A stretch of 64,000 nucleotides of DNA from Eledone cirrhosa (Eukaryota), in contig OZ024741.1 of assembly GCA_964016885.1 (NCBI GenBank), positions 85,002,001-85,066,000 of the forward strand, in the 5' to 3' direction. Of this stretch, positions 27,709 through 43,449 are shown in pieces; position 1 is the first letter of the stretch; every line of letters starts with the position of its first letter. Position numbers and translations under genes: made by a program. The notes below the pieces were generated by a model that made no database searches, was not told the DNA's origin, and was given only the letters and a program-made list of their open reading frames with translations.

Positions 27709-28679
27709 TACACATACATACATACATACATACATACATACATACATACATACATACATACATACATACATACATACAGAAACAGAGGCATCTTTACATA
27801 ATACGAATAAACAACTGCATCGCAACCTCGTCAGCCAATTTCCCTGCGTGCAGTTTCGCACATTAAGATGGTACTACAATTGTAATGCCAATTTGGAAGA
27901 CTGCTCTTTTGGGAACATGCGATAATAAAAGAAATAATAGACAGGTAAATTCACGGGTGTCTTTCAACAAAAACTGGGAATAGATAAAGATATTACGTAT
28001 AGAAATTAATAGGTGATAGATTTAGATTTTAAGCTGTGGAAAACTAATATTTGGAATGCGACCTATTCGTGTCCATGTGTTGAAATTAAAGCAATTACAT
28101 GGTGGAAGAGCCATTTTTAGACAACTAAAATACACGAAACCTGTTATAATCACTTTTCAATTCATTCGTGAGATGTGAAAGTTTGCGTTTTACGTCTACG
28201 ACCAATATAGGTCACTATTACAACTCCGCTGCAGTGGCACCAAGTTCGGTTATTGGTGAGCTGTTATAAGCCACGGAATGTTTTTCCTTTCTGTAGTCGT
28301 CGTCTCGTAGTCAGATATTTGGATTCAAGATCCTAAATAGTGGGTTCGACTGTTGGACCGACTGGTGTGTTGTGTTCGTGATCAACCTGCTTTATTTCAC
28401 CTTTTATTTAATGATAGGGCTGGGTCCCTTATCATTGGAGAAACTTTCTATGAAATGCAACCCCGCAGAAGGCCAGCTAAACCAGCATATATATAATTAC
28501 TAAATTTCCTCTATATATATCATGGTTTGTGCTAGTCTTCTGTGAATTTTCAATATCCTTAAAAAAAAACAGTATGTTTCACATCATCAAAGATCGCACC
28601 TATAGACAATCTACGCAAAAATAACAAAACAAATAAACATATTAACATGAAAGGTCCACGAATTCCATCAGTTGTGTTC

Positions 28680-29042
28680 CTTGTTATTATCCCTATAACC
28701 ACTCACAGACATCCATATACTGCCCCTACAATTACACACTAATTTCCCGACATATCACTATACTATATGCCCTAAAACTGCTCACTAACTCCCACAGTCT
28801 GTCGTTGTTATTGCCCCCACAATTACTCTCTACATCTGCAGTTGCAGTCTTTATTTCCACTCCAGTTATTCATTGACAAACAAGCACATCAATATGTTAT
28901 TGCTTCTACAGTCATACACTAAGCCTCATACATGCGGTCCTTGTTATTGGCCGTACAATCACTTTCTAACCTCCAGTCACATAGCCATGTTATTACTCCT
29001 ACAATCATTCACTGACTCCTAGACATATTGACATGTTACAAT
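28680..29042 (+). repeat. Degenerate minisatellite, unit roughly 40-50 bp
   Basis: Recurrent tgttattgcccctacaatcactcac-like motif at about 28682, 28806, 28895, 28942 and 28988. Confidence 0.6.
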
Positions 29043-29799
29043 CGTATCATTTCACCTGTTTTTCCATGTTGGAACGGGTTGTATGAAGTCAAGAGCTTAT
29101 TCCGGTTTCATAGGCACTAAGTAGTTGAAGGCAGAAGACCTCTCCTCCGTCGCGTGGTTTATCACCAGCTGCTGTTTGTACTCATTTTTACCTGAGTAAA
29201 CTGGAGCAACGTGAAATGAAATGCCTTGCTCAAGAATACAACATACGTCCTGGTCTGGGAATCAAACCCACAACTATATTATTGTCAGTTCAACGCGCTG
29301 TTCATTACACGCAACTTCACTCACATTTGTGGCATCCAAAAAACGAAATCACTATACAGTACTAAGAACATTATCTTACCCAATCACTTTCCCGACAAGC
29401 CACATATAGAATCATCTCTACCCCCATCATCACGAACCAGCCCACAAAACACCTCTACAACCCTCCAAAACATTACTAAATTTATATCCAGACACATCAC
29501 GAAAACACAATCACCACACACTACCCCACCCATTTGCTCTCCCGACCACCACATGCAAAATCGCCACAACCTATTCCACCACCCACAACAACACCAAATA
29601 CCCAAACACAGCTAGAAGACTCCAATATATGACTAAAATAACATCCTAAGTACACTATCTCTTCCAGTCAACCCAGACAAACAGAAAAATGAGATAAACA
29701 AAGAAAAAGAAGCACCATCAGTAATCTAATTATGCCCCCTCCTCATTCCAAAGACTAAACACGGATGCACACCACTAGAGATAAGCAAAATCAATTATG

Positions 29800-31410
29800 A
29801 AAGTCGTTAGAATGTCGGAAAAAATCCCTGCGGTAATTATCAAATTTATGCCCCTTTATGTTCTGACTTTATAACCCACCCATGTAAATATTCATCCTGC
29901 TTAGGGTCAATAAAATAAAGTATTAAATGGAATAATTATTTATAACATCTAAAATGTATATTAATAATGGTTTTTAATATTGGCACAAAGTTAGCAATTT
30001 TGGGAGAAGTCGATTATATTATTCCCAGTACTTGGCTGGTCCTTTATTTTATCGACCGCGGAAGGATGAAAAGCAAAGTAGCCCTTAATAAAAAGCCGTA
30101 ATAAATGTCGCAAATCATTTCACTGATGCTATAACGATTCTTCCAATCCCCCACACACTGAACGGAATAATAATGGTTTATAATTTAGACACAAGTCCAT
30201 CAATGAGAGTAAGAAGAGGATGTCGAGGAAATCTATACTTAAGATTTCACTGGTACTTTATTTTCTCGAACCAGGAAAAACGAAAGCAAAGTTTATCTTC
30301 ACAAAATTTTAACTCAGAGTAAAAAGACCCGTAGTCAATTACAGCCTCGTTAGTGAAATAATGATATGCTAGCTAGGGCCGCGGAAATCCAACAACTTTT
30401 GAAAATAATGACACTCTAATTCATCGAAGCCGACTGAGGCCCATTCCACTCCACTGTGTTTGTAAACCATAGAAAGTTTTAAATTACTGTGTATCGCTAT
30501 TACAGGAAATGAATTTGTTTTCAAGAGAAAAGTTAAAGGTTTGTAAGAAAAATTAGTTATAATTACCAAGCATGTGGTACTTTCAACATTACTATAGGCC
30601 GAGTGATCGCTTTCGGCGAATCAACATCACGTCATATTATTCAGGTTTGAATCCTTATAAAGAACAGGAACAAAGCCGTGCTTCCTTCACGAATTTCTAA
30701 ACAAAAAGTAGAATTACAGCAATGATTCAAGTGGATCGTCTTTTGTCAATTTGTCTTTCAGATTGCAGTCAGATTTAAATAAAATTATTGGCTAAAGGAA
30801 GGCTGTCGGTTTGTTTATAGTATTCAAAAGAAAATGAAAAGGCGAAATCAAAACGGAAGGGGATACTAATGGAATATTTATGGGTGTTGTAGATGATTTC
30901 TCAAGTCCAGAAATAGATTTGTAATGCATAATGTTGAACTTAGAAAGAAAGGTACAACTGCGGCTAAATATATCAGTGAATTGAAATCAAGTTACGTTTC
31001 CATTGTTCTTCCACCGTTGATAATATCGGCTGGTTGCAACCATTGGCAGAAGCGTCAAGGACTTTCTGGTGATGAGGCAGAATTTGAACTCAAAAAATCT
31101 ATCAGAAAAAACAACAGCGACAATAAAAGATATTCCTTTCTTACATTGACACAAGGTCAAATATTTTGGAGGAGGGATTAGTCGATTAAATCTATTCTAG
31201 TACTTGGCTGGCAAAAGGCCAGGAATTTTGGTGGAGGGAACAGTCAATTATATCCACCTGAATGCTTGAGTGGTATTTTATTTCATCGACCTAGAAAGAT
31301 GAGAGACAAAGTAACAATGCTGAGATTTGAACTCAAAACGTAAAATGCAGTAAATGCATACCTGAAAGCATTTTTTCCGACGCTCTAAAGTTCATGCCAT
31401 TCTGCTGCGC
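29800..31410. mobile_element. Cluster of old tRNA-SINE fragments interspersed with unassigned DNA
   Basis: Core and tail motifs at about 29800-29930 (+), 29965-30150 (-), 30170-30340 (-) and 31130-31410 (-). Confidence 0.6.
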
Positions 31411-31903
31411 AGTTACTAATACAAAAGTGAGAAATTGCAATGAAAAGCATTAGGTATCAGGTTTAATATATGATAACATCAATTTTAAAGCTACAGAACC
31501 AATTTATATCACACTTCAAATTTCATTTATTAAGGTTTCTTTTGTCTACCTGTTTTTACTTGCAGTAATTCATAATAAATATTTTTTTTAAAGATTTTCA
31601 TATCAAAGCATGCATTCGTACAAAAACATGTTTTGGTGTTGCTCACATACACGCATACATAAATCTATTCATGAATATATTCATATATGCACATATACGT
31701 TAGTATATATACACACATGCACATAAAATCGTACACACATACATATACAAATATATATACACACGCATGCGTATATATATGTTCTATCACGAATAGGTGG
31801 GGATATAATATACATCAAAATGTATTAATGGCATGTATCAATTGAGAAGGTACATAGTACACCTAAGACCTATCCACGTACATGCATTCATACTTGCATA
31901 CAT

Positions 31904-31962
<59 letters not shown>

Positions 31963-32025
31963 TATATTTATATATATATCCATTACATATATATATGTGT
32001 GTGTATATGTATATATATATACATA

Positions 32026-32064
<39 letters not shown>

Positions 32065-32220
32065 GTGTATATACATATATTCATATATAATTATATATAT
32101 ATATATACACGTGTATATACATATATTCATATATAATTATATATATATATATCTGTGCGTATACATATATTCATATATATATATATATATAATACACGTG
32201 TATATACATATATTCATATA

Positions 32221-32281
<61 letters not shown>

Positions 32282-33469
32282 TGATTTCATGTGAAAAATA
32301 ATATTAATATGAGATGTAACAAATAGACAAATAAATATATAAAGAAAGATATAACATAAATGATATGAAAACTAGTTAATGTTAAACATGACAACCTCTC
32401 ACAAATATAAAGATATAAAGTGCTTCGGAACCAAAGGTTACATCCTACACGCGGTATATTTGTAACTATTATTTCATTTTTTATGTTGTTTTCTTTCATT
32501 TTTGTATTAATCATTTTTTTTCTATTTAATTTTTATTTTCATTGTTTTTTTTGGCTATGATTTCTTTTCTTTTTTGTATTTGATTGTGTTTTCCGCTTTC
32601 TTTTCCACTTTTTTTTTTCCTTTTTGCTTCAGTGTAAGATCTATAGTGTTTTCTATGTTACTGGGATACAGTAGAGAATATTTTGTTTTATCAATAGACA
32701 TTTATTAAGGTATAATTCTTAGTGAAAGTCATTATCCGTAAACTGCTCAAGGGAAACAATGTTGAATGAAGGACAATCATTACGAAGGAGAAGAATATAT
32801 ACACACAAAGTTTTGTTATCCTCTTCTTTATTGAGGTCTTTTTTCTATAAAATGTTTTTCAGGCCTTTTTAGAACGTTATCGATGAAGATTGTTAAAAAA
32901 GAAAAGACTTATCACCAAGACTATCGGAGGGGGTTGTCTATGGTCTATCAGGAACAATGACATTAATGACGACGCGATAACAAGACAGTCTATAAGAAAG
33001 TCAGCGAAGGAGTCGATAAGAAAGACAAATTCTTTATGAAGGACACTAAGGAAATCTTTATAGGCGAAAGCGTCGAATTCATTATGAAAAACATTAAGAT
33101 TGTTTTATGGAAGATAGTGGTGGACGCATGCATGACTGAATGGTTAAAAAGACTGCTTGGCAATCATGAGGTTGAGTGTTCGATTGTAGTACATTATATT
33201 TTGGACAACTGTTTTTACTCTAGACACGAGGTACCCAGCCCTTGTGGATGAATTGAGACGTGTGGAGGTCCATCGGCTGGAGTGCATCTATAATTCAAAT
33301 CTCCAGCCATATTGTGGAATACTGAGTACTCACCCACTTACATGTTGATTTATGAATCATAACGTTAAGCTGATCGACCGACTGAATGATCACTGTCGAA
33401 ACCAACGGAGAACCCATCATCATAATTAACAATCATCATCATCATCATTAAATTTATTATACCTTCATT

Positions 33470-33870
33470 AAGAAAGGTGGAGGGTTGGCAGAGGCGTTGG
33501 AGCGTCGGAAAATGTTTTGCAGTATTCGTTCTGTCTATTTACGTTTTGAGTTCAATCCCATCGAGGTCTGCTTCGCCTTTTATCATTCCGGGGTCGATAA
33601 AATAAAGTACCAGTAACGTACTTGGGTCTATATAATCTATCTTCCTCTATTTTAATTAGAAACCATTAGGTGAATTGTTAGTATCGGTAGAGGGTTGGAC
33701 GCCATGCTTTCTAGCATAGTTACGTTCCTTTACAGTCTGAGTTCAAATCCCGCCGAGGCTAACTTTGCCTTTCATCCTTACGGGGTCGATAAAATAAAGT
33801 ACCAGTAATGCACTGGGTAATTGCTGGCCTTGTGCCAAAAGTAGAAACAATTATTATTATTATTATTATT
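33470..33870 (+). mobile_element. Two tandem tRNA-derived SINEs
   Basis: B-box and core in both about 33475-33668 and 33670-33870. A third head fragment starts at about 33872. Confidence 0.8.
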
Positions 33871-34714
33871 AAGGGTGGTGGATTGGCAGTATGAGTAGAG
33901 AGTCAGGTTGATGTTGGTGGTGGTAGTAAATGTATACAGTAGTATGACTGGTGGAGTGGTAATAGTCGCTGTGTTTGTGACAGTGATGATGATGTTGCTT
34001 TATGACAATGATCATGATGGGGATGATTGAAATTTATCAACCAAGATGATAAGCCATTATATATAATAACGAAACTGACATTGTCTATAATGTACTACAT
34101 AAAGCTTTGTTATTCACCTCAAGCTTAATTTTGTTCTAGATTATTCTATGGCAGTATATCAATTCATGCACTGGCAGGTAATCAACTGTGATTATTGCCA
34201 ACTGATCAATAAGATTATAGCCAACAAATCAACAGTGCTCGATACGGCATGGCCAACCAAATTAAAGGTTGTGCGGTACTTAATTTTGTTAGAACTACAT
34301 ATGGACGGAGGAGACAATTAAGTATCAAGCTTTTTTGTTAGAATGGTAATATATTAACATATTTTAGGGGAGCTTTCTAATATCATTCGCACTAATCAAT
34401 TAACAATTTTGTTCACACTAACTAGAAATAAACATATAGTATGAAAGCCTTCACCTCCCACCGTTAATGTATTTTATGGAAGTGAGAAGAATCGTGGCTT
34501 AGCCGTTAGCATTTTCAGCTAATGATCAAAAGATTTCCAGTTCGATTCTCGATGGCATATTGTGTTATTGTGCTAAACACTTTATTTCACGTTGGTCATG
34601 TCTATAGGGAATGAGAGGCGGCTTGCGTCAGGGGTTCTTCAGGCCAGAAAGCGTTCTTCCGCAATATTCGGACATGTATCATAAATATACATATAAAACT
34701 TTGGTGTAAAACCA

Positions 34715-37085
34715 CACTTTCCTTCCTCCTTACAACACACACGCACTCACACCCCAACACGCACACACACATACACACACCAGTATATATAAACACACTC
34801 ACGCGTATGTAGACATGTACCTCCCCCTCTCCCGTCTCCTCCCCCTATTATCAACACTAACCTCTACCCACACCCCCACACCTCACCACCCTACTAACAA
34901 CTCTTCTACTACTAAACCCAACCACTACCACCCTTTCCTTCAACATTACCACTCTTCACAAAATCACAAACGCACTTATACCCTAAACACATACACCACT
35001 ATATACACTCACACCGATCTCACCACCTCACCTTCTGGACACACATACACATAACTCCATACACACATACTTACACACATGCCACTCTCACCGACACACA
35101 CCTGCCTGTCTACATAGCTACTACCATTTCCTGTTGCGCGCGTCCCTATAACATTCCATTTCATCATCACAATTTTTCGACTCTGGAACACTGACTTTAA
35201 CACTGCCGCATCCTCGTCAGCAGGGTTCTTCAAAACACAATAGAACCCTCGGTGTTCAAAGAACGGGAGGCCGCCTGCGAGACGTGGGAGCGGCGGGGAC
35301 TTATCCCAGTAGACGTCCTTCCTCCTTCTCCCCCTGTTGACGTCAAGTCCTCCCAAAGAACTTGGGATGCCATCCAGTGCAGCCTGGCCTCAGACAGGCT
35401 CATGCGCCAGCTCAACCAGCACCGCCTTGCCTGTTTTCGTGCGGCCTCCAAACCCCACAGTGGTGCCTGGCTCCATGCCCTGCCCTCCTTCTCCACTGGC
35501 AGGCAGCTAGACAACAATTGCCTGCGTATCGGCGTTTCCTTGAGGCTCGGCCTCCGGATCTGCGAGCCACACCAATGTCGCTGCGGATCCACCGTGATCT
35601 CTTTCGGCCTCCACTCGCTTTCCTGTCGCCACAGTGCCGGTCGCCTTCCACGCCATGCTGCCCTCAACGAGGTCATAAAGCTTGGACGCTGCAAGCTTCC
35701 CTTCCCAGCTGGAGCCGGTGGGGCTGGACCGAGGGGACGGCAAAAAACCAGATGGCATGACCATCTTCCCGTTCTGCGGTGGCAAACGCCTCGTCTGGGA
35801 TGCCACTTGCACCGACACTTTCTGCAGCCGCAACCTGGTGCACTCTGCGACTAACCCAGGTTCTGCTGCACGTCGGGCTGAGGAGGCCAAACTCTTCAAA
35901 TACCGGTCGCTCTCCGACAGGTTTGCGGTTGTACCCTTGGCAGTGGAGACTTCTTGTGTCCTCGGCCCTAGGGCTACCTCCCTACTCACCACCATAGGCG
36001 CTGACCTGGCCAGCCGCAGGTGTGAGCCCCGCTAGTTGAGTGGCTTTTCCAGCGCGTCTCCCTTGCCGTCCTCTGGGGAAACGCCTTTTCCACCCTGTCC
36101 ACCGGGGTTGTGTGTGGGGGCGCGACGAGGGGCATCGCGTATCATTCCATATTTAAGTATGGTCAATGAAGGAAATGCGCCAATAGCCGACTGTGGTTGG
36201 ATTTCAGGTACTTTTGCATATCGTTATATAGACCACATATTTCAATTAAAAATATGCACTTTAGACGGACAACAGTCGTGGAGTGTTACACATGGATATC
36301 CACGTGATTTTACATCCGGATCTTTACCATCCATATACACACACACCAACATCCATTTAGAAATTTAGACACACAGAGACACTTGAAGCATTTTCGCACA
36401 CACGCAAATACACATTTACCTCGAACCCATATCACCTACAGACAATCCACGTATCCACCTCTTTTAACCACACAAACACATACACACACGTACACATCTA
36501 CACATACACCCACACCACCTCTGGATTTGACACGATCTCATCTCACCTTAGCCTCCATCCACACACCTACAACCATACAGGAACTGTACACTCACAGACA
36601 TACACTCCACTTCAACACACACAATGACTTTTCAAAACCCACATTCACATACACTCGCTTTCTCCCAGACTCTCACACTTATATCCACGGGTGCACACAT
36701 ACACACAAACCTTACCATCCACCATCCCCGCTCGGACTCCAATTTTATTGCTCTTACAAACCCCTCTTTCTCCATTCACCCACTCCTTACGCACCATCAT
36801 ACCCTTGCCTTCCCGGACACATACACCCTTTCATTGTTTTTTTTAAATTCTGTTTTTGTTATATATTCCGTTTAATTCTGTTTCTATTTATTTTGATTTT
36901 ATGTTTGATTTTTATTTCTATTTTCCGTCCTTTCATATCCCCCCCCCCTTCCCCACTCTCCTGATGAGGGACTTTTGTCCAAAACGTCGTAAACAGCCCC
37001 CCTCTCACCAAGCGTGAAAGTAATAACACTATGTACCATTGACTCCTGCGTTTGTTTCTTTGTCATTTTGAACTATATATACTTT
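34715..37085 (+). mobile_element. AC-rich PLE-like 3' region with terminal HHR motif, interrupted by a CRE fragment
   Basis: An AC-rich strand-biased body, then a T-rich block, CTGATGA-g-ggac/tttt/gtcc-aaaacGTC at 36961-36988, and a tail agcgtgaaagtaataacac. The organisation is the same as 45190-45962. Confidence 0.55.
35200..36110 (+). pseudogene. CRE-clade non-LTR retrotransposon C-terminus (zinc knuckle plus restriction-like endonuclease)
   Basis: ORFs 35252-35854 and 35682-36035 join to give HSGAWLHALP...LRLGLRICEPHQCRCG...HSLSCRHSAGRLPRHAALNEVI / LEPVGLDRGDGKKPDGMT...VWDATCTDT...AEEAKLFKY...PLAVETS...FQRVSLAVLWGNA. There is one frameshift and one stop. Confidence 0.9.
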
Positions 37086-37105
37086 TCATTTATATATATA
37101 TATAT

Positions 37106-38301
<1,196 letters not shown>

Positions 38302-38769
38302 TATATATATATATATCATTCCATTCCATTTCATTATCCTAAAATTGCATCTTTTCTCTGATTTTATATTTTCTAATGTTACTTCCTTTCATACTCAAGT
38401 ATTATCTTTCCTTTTACTTCTTCCTTTCTTTCGTTGTTACCTCTGCATGTGAAATATTTCAAATGACTCCCACAAGTACCAGGGATTTTACTGTAAAGAT
38501 AATAGTTCTTTTGCTTCATACACTAAACGTAATTATTATTATTATAAGAATTATGATGATGATGATTAATATTATTATTATTATTGTCATTTTGTTGTTG
38601 TTTGTTGTTGTTGTTGTTGTTGTTATTGTTATTGATGTTGTTATTGTCTTTAAGAAGTATCTCATAAATACCATGGATTTTACTGTTATTAGATAATAGT
38701 TCTGTTGTATCATACACTAAACATGATTATCAGAGGACGAAACTTCAATTGAATTGAACAAACCTAAGT

Positions 38770-39430
38770 ATTATCACCATTATCAGCATTATTTAGATTG
38801 TGAGCATTACCAGCATTACCACGATTACCCTTGTCACTACCATCACCACAGGTACCACCTCTACCATCATTACTAACCCCATTACCAGTATCATCATCAT
38901 TTCCACTAGCATTACCATCATCTCTATCACTATTACTACCTATATCTTCACCAGCATTACCGCCATCAATACCACCATTATTGCTATTACCACCATGGCC
39001 ACCTACAATACCGTCGCCATTACCACCACCATTACCAACATAACCTCCATTATCATCACAAGCCCATTACCACCGTCGCCACCATTATCACCATCATTAC
39101 CATTACCACCGTCACCACCGTCACCACCATTACAACCATTATCAGAATAATCACCATCATCAGCACTACTGCAACTACCACCATCACCACCATTAACACC
39201 ATCACCTCTATCACCACCAATACTACCACTATTACTACTATTGCCACCATTAGCTCCAATATCAACAACATTACCAACCTTCACTACCATTTCCAATACC
39301 ACCACCATACCACAATTACCACCATTAGAACAAACTCTACAACGTCATTACCGCCATATTATCTCCACCAGTATTATCCCCACCATTACCAACACCATTA
39401 ATACCACCATTACTAGCATCCACAATACAT
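38770..39430 (+). repeat. Degenerate (ACC/ATC/ATT)n trinucleotide tract
   Basis: Low-complexity triplet repeat that gives the T/I/P-rich pseudo-ORFs. Confidence 0.85.
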
Positions 39431-39544
39431 TAACAACTGAATGGAAGAAAGGAAGAAGAAAATCAAATATATTTTGACATACGTGTTAATCTTAATAATC
39501 CCCACAGAAGATATAGCTATAAACATGATAACATTATTAAGAAA

Positions 39545-40080
39545 AATGGCGGTGGATTGGCAGTATCGGTAGAGGGTCGGACGCCATGCTTTCCAGCATA
39601 GTTACGTCCCTTTACGATCTGAGTTCAAATCCCGCCGAAGTTGACTTTGCCTTTCATCCTTACGGGGTCGATAAATTAAAGTACCAGTAATGCACTGGAT
39701 AATTGCTGGCCTTGTGCCTAAAGTAGAAACAATTATTAAGAAAAATGGGCTGTGGATTGGCAGTATCGGTAGAGGGTCGGACGCCATGCTTTGACGCATA
39801 GAGTTACGGCCCTTGCCATTCTGAGTTCAAATCCCGTCGAGGTTAACTTTCATCCTTACGGGGTCGATAAAATAAAGTACCAGTGATGTACTGAGTGACT
39901 GCTGGCCTTGTGCCAATAGTAGAAACAATTATTAAGAAAAAGTAATAATTGTTTCTACTTTAGGCAGAAGGCCAGCAATTACCCAGTGCATTACTGGTAC
40001 ATTATTTTATCGACCCCGAAAGATGAAAGGCAAAGTCAACCTCGGCGGGATGGGAACTCAGATCGTAAAGGGACATAAAT
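39545..40080. mobile_element. Three adjacent tRNA-SINEs: two tandem (+) and one inverted (-)
   Basis: 39545-39737 (+), 39740-39935 (+) and 39945-40080 (-), the last two tail-to-tail. Confidence 0.88.
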
Positions 40081-40257
40081 ATCATACATATAGAACTACA
40101 CACATATATACATACAATAATACACACATACATAAATGTGTGTGTGCACATATATTAATATGACTATATATATATATATGTGTGGGTTTGTGTACACATA
40201 CATATATACAAACTCACGCACATATATATATATATAGTCATATTGATATATGTGCAT

Positions 40258-40289
<32 letters not shown>

Positions 40290-40606
40290 GTTATATATAG
40301 TTATATTTGCCAATTGAATACATGCACCATATCACAATATAACTCACTTTATCTTTATTCTTACGTCAAAGCTCTTTTGTCACAACAATCTGTGACCTCC
40401 TCAATGACTATCGATTTGTTGTGCCAATTCTTTTTCTAGCCTTACATTTCTATTTACTTTTATCGTTAAATGAAATTGTTTTGGGAAGGCTGGTACAAAG
40501 CAAATTAAAAATACAATAGTGAAAACTAGAGTAGAGTAAAGTAAGAAGAACAAAACAAAACAAATATTTTTTACTTTTGGCGTACATGTGATGATATTTC
40601 GAGTTA

Positions 40607-40611
40607 TATAC

Positions 40612-40687
<76 letters not shown>

Positions 40688-40742
40688 GTGTATATATATA
40701 TATATATATATGTATATGTGTATATATATATATATATGTATA

Positions 40743-40809
<67 letters not shown>

Positions 40810-40858
40810 GTGTATATATATATATGTATATATATGTGTATATATATATGTGTATATA

Positions 40859-40913
<55 letters not shown>

Positions 40914-40981
40914 ATATATCTGTATATATATATATATATATGTATATATATGTGTATATATATATATATGTGTATATATCT

Positions 40982-41062
<81 letters not shown>

Positions 41063-41176
41063 TGTGAATATATATATATATATGTGTATATATATATATA
41101 TGTGTATATATATATATGTGTATATATATATATATATGTGTATATATATATATATATGTGTATATATATATATGTG

Positions 41177-41241
<65 letters not shown>

Positions 41242-41246
41242 ATATG

Positions 41247-41277
<31 letters not shown>

Positions 41278-41433
41278 ATATATGTATATATATATATATA
41301 TGTGTGTGTGTATATATATGTATATATATATATATGTGTGTGTGTGTATATATGTATATATATATGTGTGTGTGTATATATATGTATATATATATATGTG
41401 TGTATATATATATGTATATATATATATATATAT
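40607..41433. repeat. (TA)n/(TG) compound microsatellite
   Basis: Direct inspection. Confidence 0.95.
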
Positions 41434-41762
41434 AACGAAGGAAATGTGGTAAGGAACCAGGTGGACCATAATTGGTGGTCCAGAATTAGCCGTCGAAACG
41501 GCTTGAGCTCAGCCGTCGGGGTCCTACTCGTTCCTATATATATATATATTCTGTAGTCGTCCGCTATATAAACATATCTATGAATATATATGAAGAGATA
41601 TATAAATAAGGATATATAATCACAATCATACTTATATAAATGGGAGCGGGGAATTTTCTCTGATTGTAATATCTTAATGTGTTATTGTAAATAAATAACA
41701 CTTGCAGACATCTGGGAAATGAATAAACAAACTAAGCATTTATGTTTGGAAGAGAAACGCGG

Positions 41763-41869
<107 letters not shown>

Positions 41870-42197
41870 TACAAAGACAGGCATACCGTGAACAGGAATA
41901 TACACAAACCATTCTATACAACCTACCTATAAATTAGATACCAAATACGTAATTGATAAACATATTTAAACCAAACTATGAAAAAAGAATTAATGCAATA
42001 GGGAAACAAGCAGAATTTGAAAAAATTTCAAATTAGTTAAATGACCCATGACTATGTTATATATTTCTACACTTACAAATATATATAGTGTTACGTGTAT
42101 GTATTGCAAATACTTTAGACAGTGCATGAAATGTTTTGTACCAATCTTTATACAATTTTCTTAAAAGTCATAGTATTATTTTATACTATTGCATTCG

Positions 42198-42372
42198 TTT
42201 GGCAGTATCGGTAGAGGGTTGGACGCTATGCTTTCTAACATAGTTACGTCCCTTTACGGTCTGAGTTCAAATCCCGCCGAGGTTAACTTTGCCTTTCATC
42301 CTTACGGGGGTCGATAAAATAAAGTACCAGTAATGTACTGGCTAATTTGTGCCAAAAGTAGAAACAATTATA
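42198..42372 (+). mobile_element. tRNA-derived SINE
   Basis: Head, B-box, core and shortened tail of the main family. Confidence 0.85.
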
Positions 42373-42407
42373 AAACTATGTACATGTGCATGCGTGTGTG
42401 TGTGTAC

Positions 42408-42461
<54 letters not shown>

Positions 42462-42472
<11 letters not shown>

Positions 42473-43255
42473 AAGAATCAAAGAACAGTTCAAAACATTA
42501 TTGTGCTTACAGCTGTTTCCTCCAAACCGAGGTTTGGATTCTTCGGAGCAATTTATTAATGATTGGACAGTTATATGACCTCCTTTTCAGCCAAGAGACA
42601 TACCGATACATATGCAAATATTGTGGGTCAACATTCATTACAGCATTTAGAGTGGCAGTACACACTTCGAGATTACATTCATAATAAAAGGTACAATCAA
42701 AAATCAAAAATACAGGTTAAAATACAACATGAAGATAAGCGGTTATATAGTGCAAATGTTATATGTGTGGCAAGCATATAACATTTGCACTATATAACCG
42801 CTTATCTTCATGTTGTATTTTAACCTGTATTTTTGATTTTTGATTGTACCTTTTATTATGAATGTAATCTCGAAGTGTGTACTGCCACTCTAAATGCTGT
42901 AATGAATGTTGACCCACAATATTTGCATATGTATCGGTATGTCTCTTGGCTGAAAAGGAGGTCATATAACTGTCCATTCATTAATAAATTGCTCCGAAGA
43001 ATCCAAACCTCGGTTTGGAGGAAACAGCTGTAAGCACAATAATGTTTTGAACTGTTCTTTGATTCTTATATTTCATATAAATGCTCTGTAAATCATCTGA
43101 TGTTTTTACATTGAGCTACTTAACTTACTGGTAATAAGCTAGTATTACATTACTGCCTACCACTATTTAGGGTTTGTATAAAAAATACATATAACTGCTA
43201 AAGGTTTTTGTATTTTCATAACCATAAATAGTACAATTAATACAATTAATACTAT
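42462..43255 (+). mobile_element. Fold-back PLE pseudo-LTR element: ~300-bp arms around a ~10-nt spacer, plus tail
   Basis: 42462-42766 and 42776-43079 are near-perfect reverse complements. HHR-like motifs lie at 42989-43036 (+) and 42504-42551 (-). Both ends are TA-rich. Confidence 0.85.
42989..43036 (+). ncRNA. Hammerhead-like motif with a U4C core change
   Basis: tgct-CCGAAGA-a-tccaaac/ctcg/gtttgga-g-GAAA-cagctGTA-agca, with a palindromic stem III (acagctgt). Confidence 0.65.
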
Positions 43256-43449
43256 ATATAGATATATATTTAATATAGAAAAGACTTCTACAGGACTAGA
43301 ACTGTTTCGTTCTGGAGAAAGCATCAGGAAGCCGACTGTCCAAGTAATGTGGCGGTATTTATATCTTTTCTGGTGGTAGGAGAGGATGGTGATTGGGATG
43401 GGTTTAAAGAAAAAGGAAATCTTTAAAAACTATATATATATATATATAT

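Noticed and set aside
28680-29042. CRISPR-like repeat-spacer look
   Set aside because: The repeats are too degenerate, the context is eukaryotic, and there are no cas genes.
35230-35995. Minus-strand ORFs of 154 and 162 aa
   Set aside because: Shadow ORFs of the GC-rich CRE coding strand.
40450-41556. Long YI/VC-rich ORFs here and at 49038-50105, 4500-5600 and 61380-63725
   Set aside because: They are translations of (TA)n, (TG)n and (TACA)n microsatellites, which lack stop codons.
42507-43033. Identical ORF pairs on opposite strands
   Set aside because: A consequence of the palindrome, with no recognisable protein motif.
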